IMG/VR virus record: IMGVR_UViG_3300025131_000046
Coordinates: 1-56,224 of that record
Length of the DNA: 56,224 bases
Source: a virus
Taxonomy: Duplodnaviria > Caudoviricetes
Direction: 5' to 3' (one strand)
The stretch's first letter is position 1; every line of letters starts with the position of its first letter. This document shows, in pieces, positions 19,229 through 29,434 of the stretch. Position numbers and translations under genes: made by a program. Under the pieces are notes generated by a model that saw only the letters and a program-made list of their open reading frames with translations, was not told the DNA's origin and did not search any database.

Positions 19229-20611
19229 ATGGATCGTCTGAAAGAACTTCAGGAACTGCGGCTGAAGCTTCACAATGAGATTAAGGCTCACGCCGATAAG
19301 CTTCCGGCTGACGGTACTGAATCTCCTGAATGGAAGGAAACCTGGGATCAACTGAATAAAGCCTATGACGAAAATATGGTTTCGTTGGATGCTGAAACCA
19401 AGAAGATTGCTGAGTCTCAGGCTGTTCAAAACCGGCTGTCTGCAATTGATACGCAGCTTTCCAGCATGCCGAGGTTTGAGCTTCAGAACTTCAACCAGCC
19501 GCCTCAGAATCCTCTGCCTAATAGTAACCAGCCAGTAACGTTTGAGCAGCAACAGTTGCTGGCTCTCCAAGGCTGGATGATGAACTCTTCATCCGAACAC
19601 AGTCATCGGATTGAGGATCGACATCGTCAAGCTGCTCTTGCTACTGGTAACCGTCTTGACAGTAAAGATTTTGTGTTTGAGTTGAGCACTACTCAAGCCT
19701 TTAATCAATATCGTAGGGATCGTCTCCAGAATGCTCTAACAGGTGGTCAAGGTACAAAAGGTGGATTCATCACTGGTGAATCTTTCGTAGCATCTGTTGA
19801 ACGAGCCATGCTTGATTTTTCTGGTGTTGCTCAAGCTGCCGATATTATTCGTACGAATAACGGTGAACCTATTCACTACCCAACTGTGGATGACACTAGC
19901 AATACTGGTCGATTGGTTGGTGACGGTTCTGCTGTTACAGCAACTGCTGAACCTACTTTTGGTGATGCAATTCTGTCGGCATATACCTTTACCTCTGATG
20001 AGATTAAGGTTGCACGGGCATTGCTGGAAGACTCTATGCTCGATCTGGGTAACTTGGTTGGCTCGCTCTTGGGTGAGCGGCTTGGTCGTATCCAGAATAC
20101 CAACTACACTACGGGTACTGGTGCTGGTGTTGCTCCTCGTGGTGTTGTCACGGCTGCAACGGCTGGTGTAACGGCGGCTTCTACATCTGCCATCGTTTTT
20201 GACGAAGTTATTGATCTGGAGCACTCTCTCAATCCTTCTCGTCGTGTTCCTGGTCAGGGAACAGGCTACATGTTCAACGATGCTATTCTGCAAACTCTCC
20301 GTAAGCTCAAGAATGGTATGGGTGACTATCTGTGGCAATCAGGTGCTAACTCTGGTGCTCCAGATACACTCAACACTTGGCCTTACTGGATTAACCAAGC
20401 CATGGCGTCTACGATTGCAACCACCAACATTACGATGTTGTTTGGTGCATTCCGTAACTATAAAATTCGTCAAGTTCGTTCCATTCGTTTCCAACGTCTA
20501 GTTGAGAGGCATGCTGAAAATGATCAGGATGCTTTCTTGGCCTTTGTTCGTGGTGATGGTAATCTCGTAGATGCTGGGGATGGTGTAGTTCGTAAACTGA
20601 CCCAAGCATAA
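19229..20611 (+). CDS. HK97-fold major capsid protein with coiled-coil delta domain
   Basis: N-terminal coiled coil, GGF, LLEDS..DL, GTG...PRG, LRKLK...G.YLWQ, FG.F..Y.I, R.DG motifs. Confidence 0.95.
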   Translation: MDRLKELQELRLKLHNEIKAHADKLPADGTESPEWKETWDQLNKAYDENMVSLDAETKKIAESQAVQNRLSAIDTQLSSMPRFELQNFNQPPQNPLPNSNQPVTFEQQQLLALQGWMMNSSSEHSHRIEDRHRQAALATGNRLDSKDFVFELSTTQAFNQYRRDRLQNALTGGQGTKGGFITGESFVASVERAMLDFSGVAQAADIIRTNNGEPIHYPTVDDTSNTGRLVGDGSAVTATAEPTFGDAILSAYTFTSDEIKVARALLEDSMLDLGNLVGSLLGERLGRIQNTNYTTGTGAGVAPRGVVTAATAGVTAASTSAIVFDEVIDLEHSLNPSRRVPGQGTGYMFNDAILQTLRKLKNGMGDYLWQSGANSGAPDTLNTWPYWINQAMASTIATTNITMLFGAFRNYKIRQVRSIRFQRLVERHAENDQDAFLAFVRGDGNLVDAGDGVVRKLTQA

Positions 20612-20645
20612 GTCATCTTTATAGCTCTTAACAGAAGGTAATGTA

Positions 20646-20843
20646 ATGTCAGAGCAAAAGAAGAAGCCAGAACAGCAAACACTTGTTAAACTTTTGACTT
20701 CTGTGGGATTTCACAAAACGGACACTTGTGGTAGATTGATCGGCATTAGCACTAGACATGCTGGTGACGAGGTTGAATTACCTAAGTCTGAAGCCGAAAC
20801 CTTTGTTGAACGGGGATACGCCGTTTACCCTAAGAAGTCTTAA
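20646..20843 (+). CDS. small capsid-associated protein
   Basis: AGDEVELP..EA..FVERGYA motif common just after capsid genes. Confidence 0.7.
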   Translation: MSEQKKKPEQQTLVKLLTSVGFHKTDTCGRLIGISTRHAGDEVELPKSEAETFVERGYAVYPKKS

Positions 20844-20864
20844 TTACATACTTTAGGAGGTATT

Positions 20865-21317
20865 ATGTTTGGAACGTCTCTGCTTGAATCGGTTCGTATT
20901 GAGCGACTGATGAATGGTGTTGTTGCTGGCACATCAGACCAAAACGGCAGTTCTGTTGATCTGGGGTCTGACTCTGGATTTGACGGCTGCTTGTTTCTTG
21001 CTCTGTTGGGTACGCTGACCGCCTCACAAGTTACTAGCATGAATATTGAAACGTCATCTGATGATTCAACATTCAATGATCTAGAAGGTGGCAGTAGCGG
21101 TGCTTTGGCAGATTCTGATGACGACCTGATGATTGCCATCGATATTTATCGACCTTTGGAACGCTATCTGAGACCAGTCGTTAATCGTGCTACTGCTAAC
21201 GCAGTCATTGATGGTGTGATTGGCATTCTTTACGGCCCCAATAGTCGAGCAATCTCACAGAGTGCTGATGTAGCTCTGTCTGAGACGCATATTAGTCCTG
21301 CTGAGGGCACTGCGTAA
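20865..21317 (+). CDS. putative head decoration/cement protein
   Basis: AGGAGG RBS; beta-sandwich-like sequence, RYLRPV motif. Confidence 0.7.
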   Translation: MFGTSLLESVRIERLMNGVVAGTSDQNGSSVDLGSDSGFDGCLFLALLGTLTASQVTSMNIETSSDDSTFNDLEGGSSGALADSDDDLMIAIDIYRPLERYLRPVVNRATANAVIDGVIGILYGPNSRAISQSADVALSETHISPAEGTA

Positions 21318-21429
21318 TCTGATTTAGTTCTTTTCATCAGAGAAGAACTATAGTACAATTTGCTTGTCCCGGTTGGGTCATTCCTGATATCAACTTGGGA
21401 ATGACCCAATTTACTATAGGAGATTTATT

Positions 21430-21897
21430 ATGGCAACGATTGAAGCTGGTCATCATGCCAGTCGTATCGTTATTGGACAAGATGGTAACCTGTGGGTTAA
21501 CGGGGCTGCTATCTATAACACTAACGGTGACGATGTTTCAAGCATGCTTGGTCAAGTTCCAGTTCTGACTAAAGGTGCTGACTATACACTTACCGCAGCA
21601 GACTCTGGTAAGCTCATCATCTCTACGGCTGTAGACCTGACATTCACTCTGCCTTCAACAGCAGATGGGTTGGTCTATACTGTCCTGGCAGGCATTGCTA
21701 GCACAACAACTGGTCTAAGCCTCTCACCGGCTGCTGCCGATCAGATTATTGGTAATGGGTTTACTGCTGCCGACGACAAAGATGCTATCAATACCGCTGG
21801 TACTGATGTGCTTGGCGACCTGTTTCAGGTTGTTGGTGATGGCAGTGCTGGCTGGTATATTACAAACGTTATTGGTACTTGGGCACGCGAAACGTAA
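21430..21897 (+). CDS. putative head fibre/decoration protein
   Basis: DYTLTAADSGK, TFTLP...DGL, GDG..GWYI...IGTW motifs; AGGAG RBS. Confidence 0.7.
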   Translation: MATIEAGHHASRIVIGQDGNLWVNGAAIYNTNGDDVSSMLGQVPVLTKGADYTLTAADSGKLIISTAVDLTFTLPSTADGLVYTVLAGIASTTTGLSLSPAAADQIIGNGFTAADDKDAINTAGTDVLGDLFQVVGDGSAGWYITNVIGTWARET

Positions 21898-21909
21898 GCC
21901 ATTGGACCG

Positions 21910-21954
21910 GGACACCCCTATTGTTTGCGTGCAGGACATAGGGGTGTCCTTTTT
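21910..21954 (+). terminator. intrinsic terminator
   Basis: GGACACCCCTA / TAGGGGTGTCC stem followed by T5. Confidence 0.75.
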
Positions 21955-21966
21955 GGGAGTAAAAAC

Positions 21967-22338
21967 ATGGGTTACGCTGAAAAGTTCTCCGTTACACCAA
22001 CAACTGATGCCAGTGGAGATGCAACGTCTTACTCTGCTCCGATTACCGGCAGAATTCATTCAATCATCTATACGAAGACTGATTATGCGTCTGGGGTCGA
22101 TTTTGCTATCACTACAGAGAGCACTAATCAAGGATTGTGGACAGAATCTAATGTGGACGCTTCTGCAACTGTTGCTCCTCGACAACCAACTCATGACTTA
22201 GTTGGTGCTGCTAGTCTCTATGCTGCCGCTGGTGAGGGTGTTGAGACCGAAATTGTCTTGGTCAATGAACGGGTAGAAATTGTGATTGCTAGTGGTGGTA
22301 ATACCAAGTCTGGAACCTTCGTCATCAATGTGATTTGA
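21967..22338 (+). CDS. putative virion protein
   Basis: GGGAG RBS before ATG 21967; beta-rich composition. Confidence 0.7.
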   Translation: MGYAEKFSVTPTTDASGDATSYSAPITGRIHSIIYTKTDYASGVDFAITTESTNQGLWTESNVDASATVAPRQPTHDLVGAASLYAAAGEGVETEIVLVNERVEIVIASGGNTKSGTFVINVI

Positions 22339-22339
22339 T

Positions 22340-22936
22340 ATGACTTACGAAATAGTTTCGCAAAACTACACAGTTACATCAGCCGCTGCAACAGATGCAG
22401 TAACTATTGCAGATGTAAAGCGTTATCTACGCCTAGATACATCTGACGAAAATCCGCAGATGCTAGCATTGATTCCAGCAGCTACCAACTTTCTTCAGAA
22501 CTTATTGAGCAGGCAGTTTGTTACTGCTACCTATGCTCAATACTTTAATGCTGTTCCTTCTAACCCTGCTGAATTGTTCTTGGCTGTTGCTCCAGTGTCA
22601 TCTATTACATCAGTTGCATATGTTGATGATGATGGGGATACACAAACATGGTCTTCTTCTAGTTACCAAACTGACCTAGTCAGTGAACCTGCAAAGATCA
22701 AACCAGCTTGGGGTGAATCTTGGCCTACAATTAGACAGCAATACGCTGCCATTACCGTAACCTATGTTGCTGGTTATGGTGCTCAGTCTGCTGTTCCGAA
22801 AGATATTAAACAAACTATTGCTCTGCTTGTCTCGCATTGGTACGAGAACCGTGAACCTGTAGGTAAGGGATCAGAACTGCCCTTCTCGCTCCAAAGCATG
22901 ATTAACAGCTTGCGTTGGAATCCTGTAATCTCCTAG
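22340..22936 (+). CDS. head-tail connector (HK97 gp6-like)
   Basis: VT.ADVK.YLR.D, Y.AGYG...VP.DIK..I.LLVSHWYENRE. Confidence 0.92.
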   Translation: MTYEIVSQNYTVTSAAATDAVTIADVKRYLRLDTSDENPQMLALIPAATNFLQNLLSRQFVTATYAQYFNAVPSNPAELFLAVAPVSSITSVAYVDDDGDTQTWSSSSYQTDLVSEPAKIKPAWGESWPTIRQQYAAITVTYVAGYGAQSAVPKDIKQTIALLVSHWYENREPVGKGSELPFSLQSMINSLRWNPVIS

Positions 22937-22961
22937 TTTTCTCCAGAAAAAGACATGGGCT

Positions 22962-23300
22962 ATGGTTAGTCAGTCTGGCAGTATGCGGTTTGTAGGTACT
23001 GTATTGAGAAGAGATGATTCTCAAAAAGATGCTGGTAATAATCCTATCATCTCTTATGATGAAGTTGCTAATCGACGATGCTCGTTGATTCCAAAAAGAG
23101 GGTTTGAGACAGCAGAAGGCAATCAAACATCTGAGATTACCTTTTATCGTATTGAGATGAGAAATGATTCGATTACTCGGGATATTCGTTCTCGGGACCA
23201 GATCAAAATCAATCGTCGCACATTTGAAATTTCAGTAGCTTTGGATTACGGTCTGTACAACTCTGTATATACTCGTTTTGATTGTGCTGAGATACTATAA
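22962..23300 (+). CDS. head closure/head-tail adaptor
   Basis: Position after gp6; YRI.MR...DI...D.I....R.FEI pattern. Confidence 0.75.
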   Translation: MVSQSGSMRFVGTVLRRDDSQKDAGNNPIISYDEVANRRCSLIPKRGFETAEGNQTSEITFYRIEMRNDSITRDIRSRDQIKINRRTFEISVALDYGLYNSVYTRFDCAEIL

Positions 23301-23887
23301 TGGCACCAAAACAAACACTTGCTGGACTTCGTATTGATGTTTTGGGTGTAAAAGAAACTCGTGATCAATTGCTAAAGCTGCCCCCAAAGGCTTTAGTTAA
23401 TGCTATGAGTGTTGCTGCATTCTTTGCTATGACGCCATTGAAACGAGTTACAGAGTTAAGAATACCTGTTGGTCTTGGGGAAAACAGTAAAGGAAAAAAG
23501 CGTCCTCATCTACGAGATTCCATTACCAAAATTCGCCGTATTTATCGTAAAGATTTAACAGTTTGGGTTTCGGTTGGTGTTGATCGTAAAGTAGCTCCGC
23601 ATATCAACATGATCGAGTTTGGTATGTCAAGTAAAGGCACCCCTATCAAGAAGCCCAGGGCTGCCGAAGCTCAAATCTTACGTAAGAGTAAAATCTGGTT
23701 ACTTGGGAAGTTACGTGTGGGTCAGGTTATGCCTCACCCTGGTTTGAAGCCTCGTGCTCCTTTGCGTACGGCTTTAGCTTCAACTCGGACGCAGATTGAA
23801 AGACGTTTTATATCTAAGTTCAATCTACAGATTCCCAAGGAAGTTGCTAAACTCAACAATCCTAAGAAATCAGCTAAGCGACCATGA
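23300..23887 (+). CDS. HK97 gp10-like neck/tail protein
   Basis: Basic; LRDSI, IEFG, HPG.KPR.PLR.A motifs. Confidence 0.8.
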   Translation: MAPKQTLAGLRIDVLGVKETRDQLLKLPPKALVNAMSVAAFFAMTPLKRVTELRIPVGLGENSKGKKRPHLRDSITKIRRIYRKDLTVWVSVGVDRKVAPHINMIEFGMSSKGTPIKKPRAAEAQILRKSKIWLLGKLRVGQVMPHPGLKPRAPLRTALASTRTQIERRFISKFNLQIPKEVAKLNNPKKSAKRP

Positions 23888-24306
23888 TTATAGATGATGC
23901 TGTTGTAGCTTGGTTAGAGACACAGAAGTCAGTGACAGATTTGCTATCTGATCCTGAAGCTATTTTTACGGATAAGGCCCCAGATGGTACGAGTCGATCA
24001 TTTATTAAGGTTGAACTTGATCGCAATTCAATTGACCATACTATGGCTGGGATGCAGCAACTTAGTGAGGCAGACATCACTCTGCACTGTGAAGGCAGTA
24101 CCAAGGCTGCTGGTTCTGAGATTGCTGAGAAGATTAGGCTGCTGTTTATCGACGGATATCAGGGCTTAATGGGTTTGCTAAACATTCGACATGGAACTAT
24201 AATTGATATCTCAGACCGATATAGCAATACATTTGCAGGCAAAAATGAGGGTCTGCCTGCTCGCTTAGTTTCATTACGGTTACACTACTACATGCCAACC
24301 ACTTAG
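23884..24306 (+). CDS. tail terminator/completion protein
   Basis: Synteny and size (140 aa) before the tail tube. Confidence 0.7.
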   Translation: MIIDDAVVAWLETQKSVTDLLSDPEAIFTDKAPDGTSRSFIKVELDRNSIDHTMAGMQQLSEADITLHCEGSTKAAGSEIAEKIRLLFIDGYQGLMGLLNIRHGTIIDISDRYSNTFAGKNEGLPARLVSLRLHYYMPTT

Positions 24307-24313
24307 TAATGTT

Positions 24314-24535
24314 ATGAATGACCAAGTTGTTGTAGTTAAGGCCAGAACTCAAGCTGGTATGATTCAAGAGTTTCGATGTCTAGAGATTCTTGAAATCAAT
24401 GGTGTTCCTTACACAAGTTCTGATCAGTCAGAACTTGATATGCAGGCTGTTCAGGGCATGTTCATGTCTCTTGAAGGTCGCTTAATTGCTCTAGAAAACA
24501 TCCTGGGAAGGGGTTTGACAGATGACAACGGCTGA
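24314..24535 (+). CDS. small hypothetical protein
   Basis: 73-aa ORF in the tail operon. Confidence 0.55.
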   Translation: MNDQVVVVKARTQAGMIQEFRCLEILEINGVPYTSSDQSELDMQAVQGMFMSLEGRLIALENILGRGLTDDNG

Positions 24536-24935
24536 TACATTTTTTGGGGCTACACTTGCCTTTACCACTCAATCCTCACTTGTGTTTGATATCATTAGTG
24601 GTGGTCGATCTGGTCTCACAATTGAGCGGATTGATACAACGCACGCTGGTACTTCTGGTCAACTTAAAACATCTATGGCTGCTGATCTTGCTGACGCAGG
24701 AACATATGAGTTTGAGGTTGTTCATGATCCTAACTTTGATATTGATACCTATATTGGTGTGTCGGACACAATTACAATTACCTATCCTGTACCAGCCGGA
24801 GGTAGTTCAGGAGCAATTAAAGCATTTACAGGTCATGTATCATCTTATGATGAAACATTACCTATTGATGATCGTATGACTGCATCAATTGTGCTCAGTA
24901 TTGACTCTGCAATTTCTCACACATCATCAACGTAA
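24522..24935 (+). CDS. major tail tube protein
   Basis: IDTTH, L.DAG...F, F.G.VSS....PIDD.MTASI.L.I pattern of siphophage tail tubes. Confidence 0.85.
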   Translation: MTTADTFFGATLAFTTQSSLVFDIISGGRSGLTIERIDTTHAGTSGQLKTSMAADLADAGTYEFEVVHDPNFDIDTYIGVSDTITITYPVPAGGSSGAIKAFTGHVSSYDETLPIDDRMTASIVLSIDSAISHTSST

Positions 24936-24967
24936 TTGAGTAAAAACATCTTTAGTAAGGTAGCATA

Positions 24968-25342
24968 ATGAATCTTAAAGAACAGATGCTGGCTGTTGAT
25001 CCAGACATTGTAAAGGCAGGTATTGAAGGATGGCCCGATGATCTTTACATCCGTCAAATCAAAGCTGATGAGATGGACAAGCATCGTGCTATCCTGCACG
25101 AAGATGAAAATGGTAGCTGGGTAATTCGTGCTGCATATTGGATTGCTCTCACTGCCTGCACTAAGGAAGGTGCTCATGTCTTTGTTCGAGATAACAAAGG
25201 TATGATTTTCCAAAAAGATATTGATAGGCTTATGGATATGCCTATGTATCTTGTGCGTAATCTGTCCGACAGAATCTTAGAGTGTAACAAACTGCTTGGC
25301 TCATCCCTTGAGGATTCGGTAAAAAACTCAGAGGAGACCTGA
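24968..25342 (+). CDS. tail assembly chaperone (gpG-like)
   Basis: Lies between tube and tape measure; ends ...VKNSEET with slippery AAAAAAC at 25321-25327. Confidence 0.85.
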   Translation: MNLKEQMLAVDPDIVKAGIEGWPDDLYIRQIKADEMDKHRAILHEDENGSWVIRAAYWIALTACTKEGAHVFVRDNKGMIFQKDIDRLMDMPMYLVRNLSDRILECNKLLGSSLEDSVKNSEET

Positions 25343-25656
25343 CCGAACAATGGTGGCATAAGATTGCCATTCATGCTTTACAATGTACTGTTGGTGAAGC
25401 GAAACGTCGGGTCTCCCTTGCAGAATTTGTTAACTACCAAGCGTACTACAAAATTGAACCTTGGGGGGATGATTGGGAAAGAACTGGAAGAACAATATCT
25501 CACCAGATCAATTGTAGTGTTGGTAAAGAAGTTGTCTCTCCAGATCATTACATCCCTTACCGTAACCCTGAAGATGTAATTTATGCCCGCAGAAAAGATG
25601 CTGTTCGTCGTTTAGACAAAATGCGAACAGAAGAGAAAGTGCGAAAGGTTAAATAA
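25321..25656 (+). CDS. -1 frameshift extension of the tail chaperone (gpGT-like)
   Basis: The -1 frame after A-AAA-AAC is open to TAA at 25654-25656: LRGDLTEQWWHKIA...EFVNYQAYYKIEPWGDDW... Confidence 0.85.
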   Translation, partial: KKLRGDLTEQWWHKIAIHALQCTVGEAKRRVSLAEFVNYQAYYKIEPWGDDWERTGRTISHQINCSVGKEVVSPDHYIPYRNPEDVIYARRKDAVRRLDKMRTEEKVRKVK

Positions 25657-27198
25657 ATGGCTGCTGGCGGTCCTGTTCATGGAATTCATATTCCGCTTAC
25701 TACAACATCTAAAACTGCTGTTGCAGGTTTAAACAAAACTGCTAGGGCTGTTGGAGGAGTTGGAAAAGCAGGAAAGAAAGCATCTAAAGCTACTGATTTA
25801 CATACTCGTGCTAGCCGTAGAAATACTATGGCTATGCTTGAGCTATCAAGAGGTGCTGAAGACTTTGCATCTCAAATTGGTACTACGGGTATATCTGGTG
25901 CTTTAAGAGCTTCCGCAAACAATATTTCTCAGTTTGCAACTGTTATGAGTCCAATGGCAGGTGTAATTGTTGGTGCGGGTGTTGCAGCAGCAGCAATGGT
26001 ACCAATGATGCTTCGTATGAATGATGGAGTTAAGAAAAACACAGACAACTTTAACAAGTTAATTGCTAAGGTAAAACAGTTTACAGTTGTAGCTAAGGTT
26101 GCAAAAGATGTTAAAGCATTTGATTTTTCTGTTGCTGGTGCTGATGCTGCTACCGTCACACAATCATTGGCTTCATTGAAAGAAGCTAAAGAAATACGAT
26201 CAATTGAAACCAAAGATGTAGCTGGCCGACTGAAGGATTTGCAAGCAATTCAACGCATAAATCTACAATCAAGAGCTAGGATACAAGGTAAGCCGTATGG
26301 TCAACGCTTTGCTGCTCATCGATTGACACAAATAGGGGCTATTGCTCCTGAGCAAGGCTTGATATCTGATAAAGAGCTTGAGAAGGTTGAAGAGAATATA
26401 AACACACTTCAAAACAAACTGTCTGATCTGAGACTTGAGTCGGAAATAAGTGGTATTAAAATAGCTAAGCTAACAGGTGCTGAAGAGGCAGCTAAACAGC
26501 TTGATGCTCTGAAGATGTCTCGACAACAAGATTTGGATGTTGCTAAGCAGTCAGCAGAACTCCAAAAGAATCTAAACTCGGAAACTGTAGAAGGTATAGA
26601 TAAAGTTATTGCTCAGTCTAGAGAGCGGTTGGATATTTTACGGGCTGAACAACAAAGTCTTGAGACATCTCGTAAAGAGATTCAAAAGACTATAAGTCTT
26701 AATGTGCTTAGTAGAACTGGTGAAGCAACTAGGGCGGCATTACGTAAAGAACAAGAAACACTGGGAAAACGTCATAACGTTGTGCTTGCTGAGCAAAAAC
26801 GGTTAACGAGTGATATAAATACTTTATACACTCAACGAGCATTTATTAAACCTCTAGACGATTCAAAGAAAGAGGAAGAGGCAGCAAAAAGAACACTTGA
26901 TCTTGAGAGTAAAAAACTACGCCTTGCTAAACTAACCCTTTCTATTCGTCAGCGAGAACTTCAGTCTCAAACCAAAGCTGCTCAAGCCTTTGCTCAACGT
27001 GGTCAAGTAGGCATTGCTAAACGAGGATCAATTGAAGCATTTTCAGCTATTGAACAAGCTAAGAGACAAACTGTATTGAGTAAAAATCCTCAGCAGCAAG
27101 AGTTGATCAAGATCAACAACGAAATCAAAGAGATTGAGAAAAAACAACTGGAACTACAAAAGAAGCAACTTACTCGTGAAGTTGCTAGTTTTTCTTAG
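25657..27198 (+). CDS. tape measure protein (short, 513 aa)
   Basis: Follows the chaperones; Ala/Gly-rich hydrophobic segment then a long coiled coil. Confidence 0.85.
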   Translation: MAAGGPVHGIHIPLTTTSKTAVAGLNKTARAVGGVGKAGKKASKATDLHTRASRRNTMAMLELSRGAEDFASQIGTTGISGALRASANNISQFATVMSPMAGVIVGAGVAAAAMVPMMLRMNDGVKKNTDNFNKLIAKVKQFTVVAKVAKDVKAFDFSVAGADAATVTQSLASLKEAKEIRSIETKDVAGRLKDLQAIQRINLQSRARIQGKPYGQRFAAHRLTQIGAIAPEQGLISDKELEKVEENINTLQNKLSDLRLESEISGIKIAKLTGAEEAAKQLDALKMSRQQDLDVAKQSAELQKNLNSETVEGIDKVIAQSRERLDILRAEQQSLETSRKEIQKTISLNVLSRTGEATRAALRKEQETLGKRHNVVLAEQKRLTSDINTLYTQRAFIKPLDDSKKEEEAAKRTLDLESKKLRLAKLTLSIRQRELQSQTKAAQAFAQRGQVGIAKRGSIEAFSAIEQAKRQTVLSKNPQQQELIKINNEIKEIEKKQLELQKKQLTREVASFS

Positions 27199-27206
27199 GG
27201 TTATTT

Positions 27207-28118
27207 ATGGCTGTAGTAACTGTTACAGAACGCTGGTATGACCGTAATGGTCTTGCCACGATTGAGGGAGAGAAGGGTGCTGTTCGCACCTTTCAAGTTG
27301 TTACAGACAGTCGTGACGATGATCACTCTGTTGTGTTAGCCAGTGCTCAGTTACCTGCTCCCGGAGCAGCACACCCAAATGACCTCTTACTCTATTGTGA
27401 CAGTGTAGAAGTTGCAGTTGATTCCAGAAATGGTAAAGTCTGGGATGTTGTAGCTACCTACACAAACCGTAATAGTGGCGGTAAAGACCCTGGTGATCCA
27501 ACCAATGATGCTGCTGTTCTAACATGGGGAACTGATTCTTACCAGGAAGTGGTCGAGAAGGCAACTTTTGTAGATCACAACGATAATGATACTCTTGTAC
27601 CAAACAGAGCAGTAGCAAACTCAGCCGGGGATAGATTTGATCCTCCTCTAACAATCAATGCTCCCCGTCCAACTTTGTCGGCGGTTAAGAATGTAACCTC
27701 TGTTGCCTCATTAAGTGCTTGGCTACTTACTTATCGAGGTAGTGTTAATAATTCATCATTTGTTGTAGACGGAATTACTATTGGTCCTCATGTAGCTCTG
27801 TTAGCAAGTGTGGAAATCTCAGGTCATGCTTCCCGTAACTCAGTTTCCTATCGTACAGTCTCTCTGAAATTACAATTCAATCCTGACACATGGGATGAAG
27901 AGATTGCGGATAGGGGTTTTAGGAAGCTTGATGCCAATGACAAGCCGGTCAAAATCACAAGTGATGGGGACAAAGAGCCTATATCAACTCCGGCATTTCT
28001 TGATGGAGAAGGTGGCGTACTAGCTCATCCTGAATGGGCAGCAACACAACATGTGTTTCTCAAATACCGAGCACGAGAAGAAAAGAACTTTAATGTTCTG
28101 CTTCCTCTCTTTCAATAG
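27207..28118 (+). CDS. distal tail/tail tip protein
   Basis: Directly after TMP; LP..G..HP and NSAGD.FDPP motifs. Confidence 0.7.
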   Translation: MAVVTVTERWYDRNGLATIEGEKGAVRTFQVVTDSRDDDHSVVLASAQLPAPGAAHPNDLLLYCDSVEVAVDSRNGKVWDVVATYTNRNSGGKDPGDPTNDAAVLTWGTDSYQEVVEKATFVDHNDNDTLVPNRAVANSAGDRFDPPLTINAPRPTLSAVKNVTSVASLSAWLLTYRGSVNNSSFVVDGITIGPHVALLASVEISGHASRNSVSYRTVSLKLQFNPDTWDEEIADRGFRKLDANDKPVKITSDGDKEPISTPAFLDGEGGVLAHPEWAATQHVFLKYRAREEKNFNVLLPLFQ

Positions 28119-28130
28119 GAGCATATATAG

Positions 28131-28766
28131 ATGACAAATGTAGCCAGATTTGATGGTAATCTTTTTGTAGGCGGCACACTTACTGCTGCTGGTGGTATTG
28201 CCCCCGATATTGCTAGGTCAAACCTTGCTCAGACACCGCTGGCATCAATTGGAATTCCTTTCTACGCTTGGAAAGTATGGAATGCTTGCCATACTAATTT
28301 GTCAGGAACAGCCGCGACTGATGATCTAGAGGTTACTACAGGTGCGTTTGGTACTGCCCCACCATCTATTCAGACAGGCGACGTAAAGGGTGTTAGTCTT
28401 ACCTCTGCTCGGTATGCTCGTACGACTGTACAACTTCCTGAGAACTATGATGATGGAGAAAGTGTAAACTTTCGTTTCAGAGCGGGCATGCTTACAACCA
28501 TCGCAGATGTTTCTGCAACACTTGACCTTGAAGTCTATGAACTTGCAGGGGATAACACTGTTGGTTCTGATCTTTGTACAACTGCTGCTATTGATATTAA
28601 CTCGACTACCTTAGCTAACAGAGATTTTGTGGTGACTGCAACAGGTCTTGTTGCAGGTGATTGGCTTGATATTCGTATTGGTATTATTGCTGATGATGCT
28701 GGAACAGGTACTGCTGTTATTGGTTGTGTGACACAGTCTAGGTTGCTTTGTGATGTTCGGGGCTAG
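28131..28766 (+). CDS. tail-associated protein
   Basis: AGGAG RBS; 211-aa beta-rich ORF. Confidence 0.65.
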   Translation: MTNVARFDGNLFVGGTLTAAGGIAPDIARSNLAQTPLASIGIPFYAWKVWNACHTNLSGTAATDDLEVTTGAFGTAPPSIQTGDVKGVSLTSARYARTTVQLPENYDDGESVNFRFRAGMLTTIADVSATLDLEVYELAGDNTVGSDLCTTAAIDINSTTLANRDFVVTATGLVAGDWLDIRIGIIADDAGTGTAVIGCVTQSRLLCDVRG

Positions 28767-28768
28767 GC

Positions 28769-29434
28769 ATGGGAACCGACAAACCAGCAGTCTTAGGCTC
28801 GGTGGCTATCGAGCAACTAAGAGAGGTTGTGCATAAAGTTCTGAATGAACAACCTCCAAATATTGTAAATCATCCTTCTGAGCATCGCCCCCAACCTAAT
28901 CGTGTAATTCGTGTAAAGTTGGATGCTGCCCTATCTTCTGGTGCTTCTGCAACTGCTAGTCTTTACGAATATGCATCTGATGCTTGGTCTGACACAGATA
29001 TCAATGTTACAGTTAATGAAGTCCTTGGTAGCTGTGGAGACATTGCTTCAGGGACTTTTTGCTTAGCTACTAGGGTAGTAGGAATTGGTTGGTCTGTTAT
29101 AGCTGCTCAATGTAGCTGTAATGAAATTCAACGAATCATCATAACTGGTATGCCTACGGGTGGTACATACACCCTTACCTTTGATGGACAAACAACTGGC
29201 AATATTGATTACGATGCTGCCGCTGGTAATGTTCAAAATGCTCTAGAAGCCTTGTCTAACATTGGTGCTGGTAATGTAGTCTGCTTTGGCGGTCCTCATC
29301 CCGGCTCATACATTGATGTTGAGTTTGTTGGTGACCTAGCTGATACAGATGTTGCAGAAATGACATCTACTGACAGCCTTACTGGTGGTTCATTGCCAGC
29401 CACTGTTATCACCACGCTTAATGATGGTGGATAA
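28769..29434 (+). CDS. tail-associated protein
   Basis: C-terminal GG.YTLTF.GQTT..I.YDA....VQ.ALEAL..IG module. Confidence 0.7.
   Translation: MGTDKPAVLGSVAIEQLREVVHKVLNEQPPNIVNHPSEHRPQPNRVIRVKLDAALSSGASATASLYEYASDAWSDTDINVTVNEVLGSCGDIASGTFCLATRVVGIGWSVIAAQCSCNEIQRIIITGMPTGGTYTLTFDGQTTGNIDYDAAAGNVQNALEALSNIGAGNVVCFGGPHPGSYIDVEFVGDLADTDVAEMTSTDSLTGGSLPATVITTLNDGG

Noticed and set aside
23169-23184. Self-target of guide GTGATTAC/TGCCCCGA in the head-closure gene (TCGATTACTCGGGATA, 12/16 with 11 contiguous central matches)
   Set aside because: Four mismatches, and with 15 guides such a hit is plausible by chance. I found no perfect self-target by eye, though an exhaustive search was not possible
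25364-25579. 71-aa ORF between chaperone and TMP
   Set aside because: Wrong frame; the coding frame is the -1 frameshift extension ending at 25656
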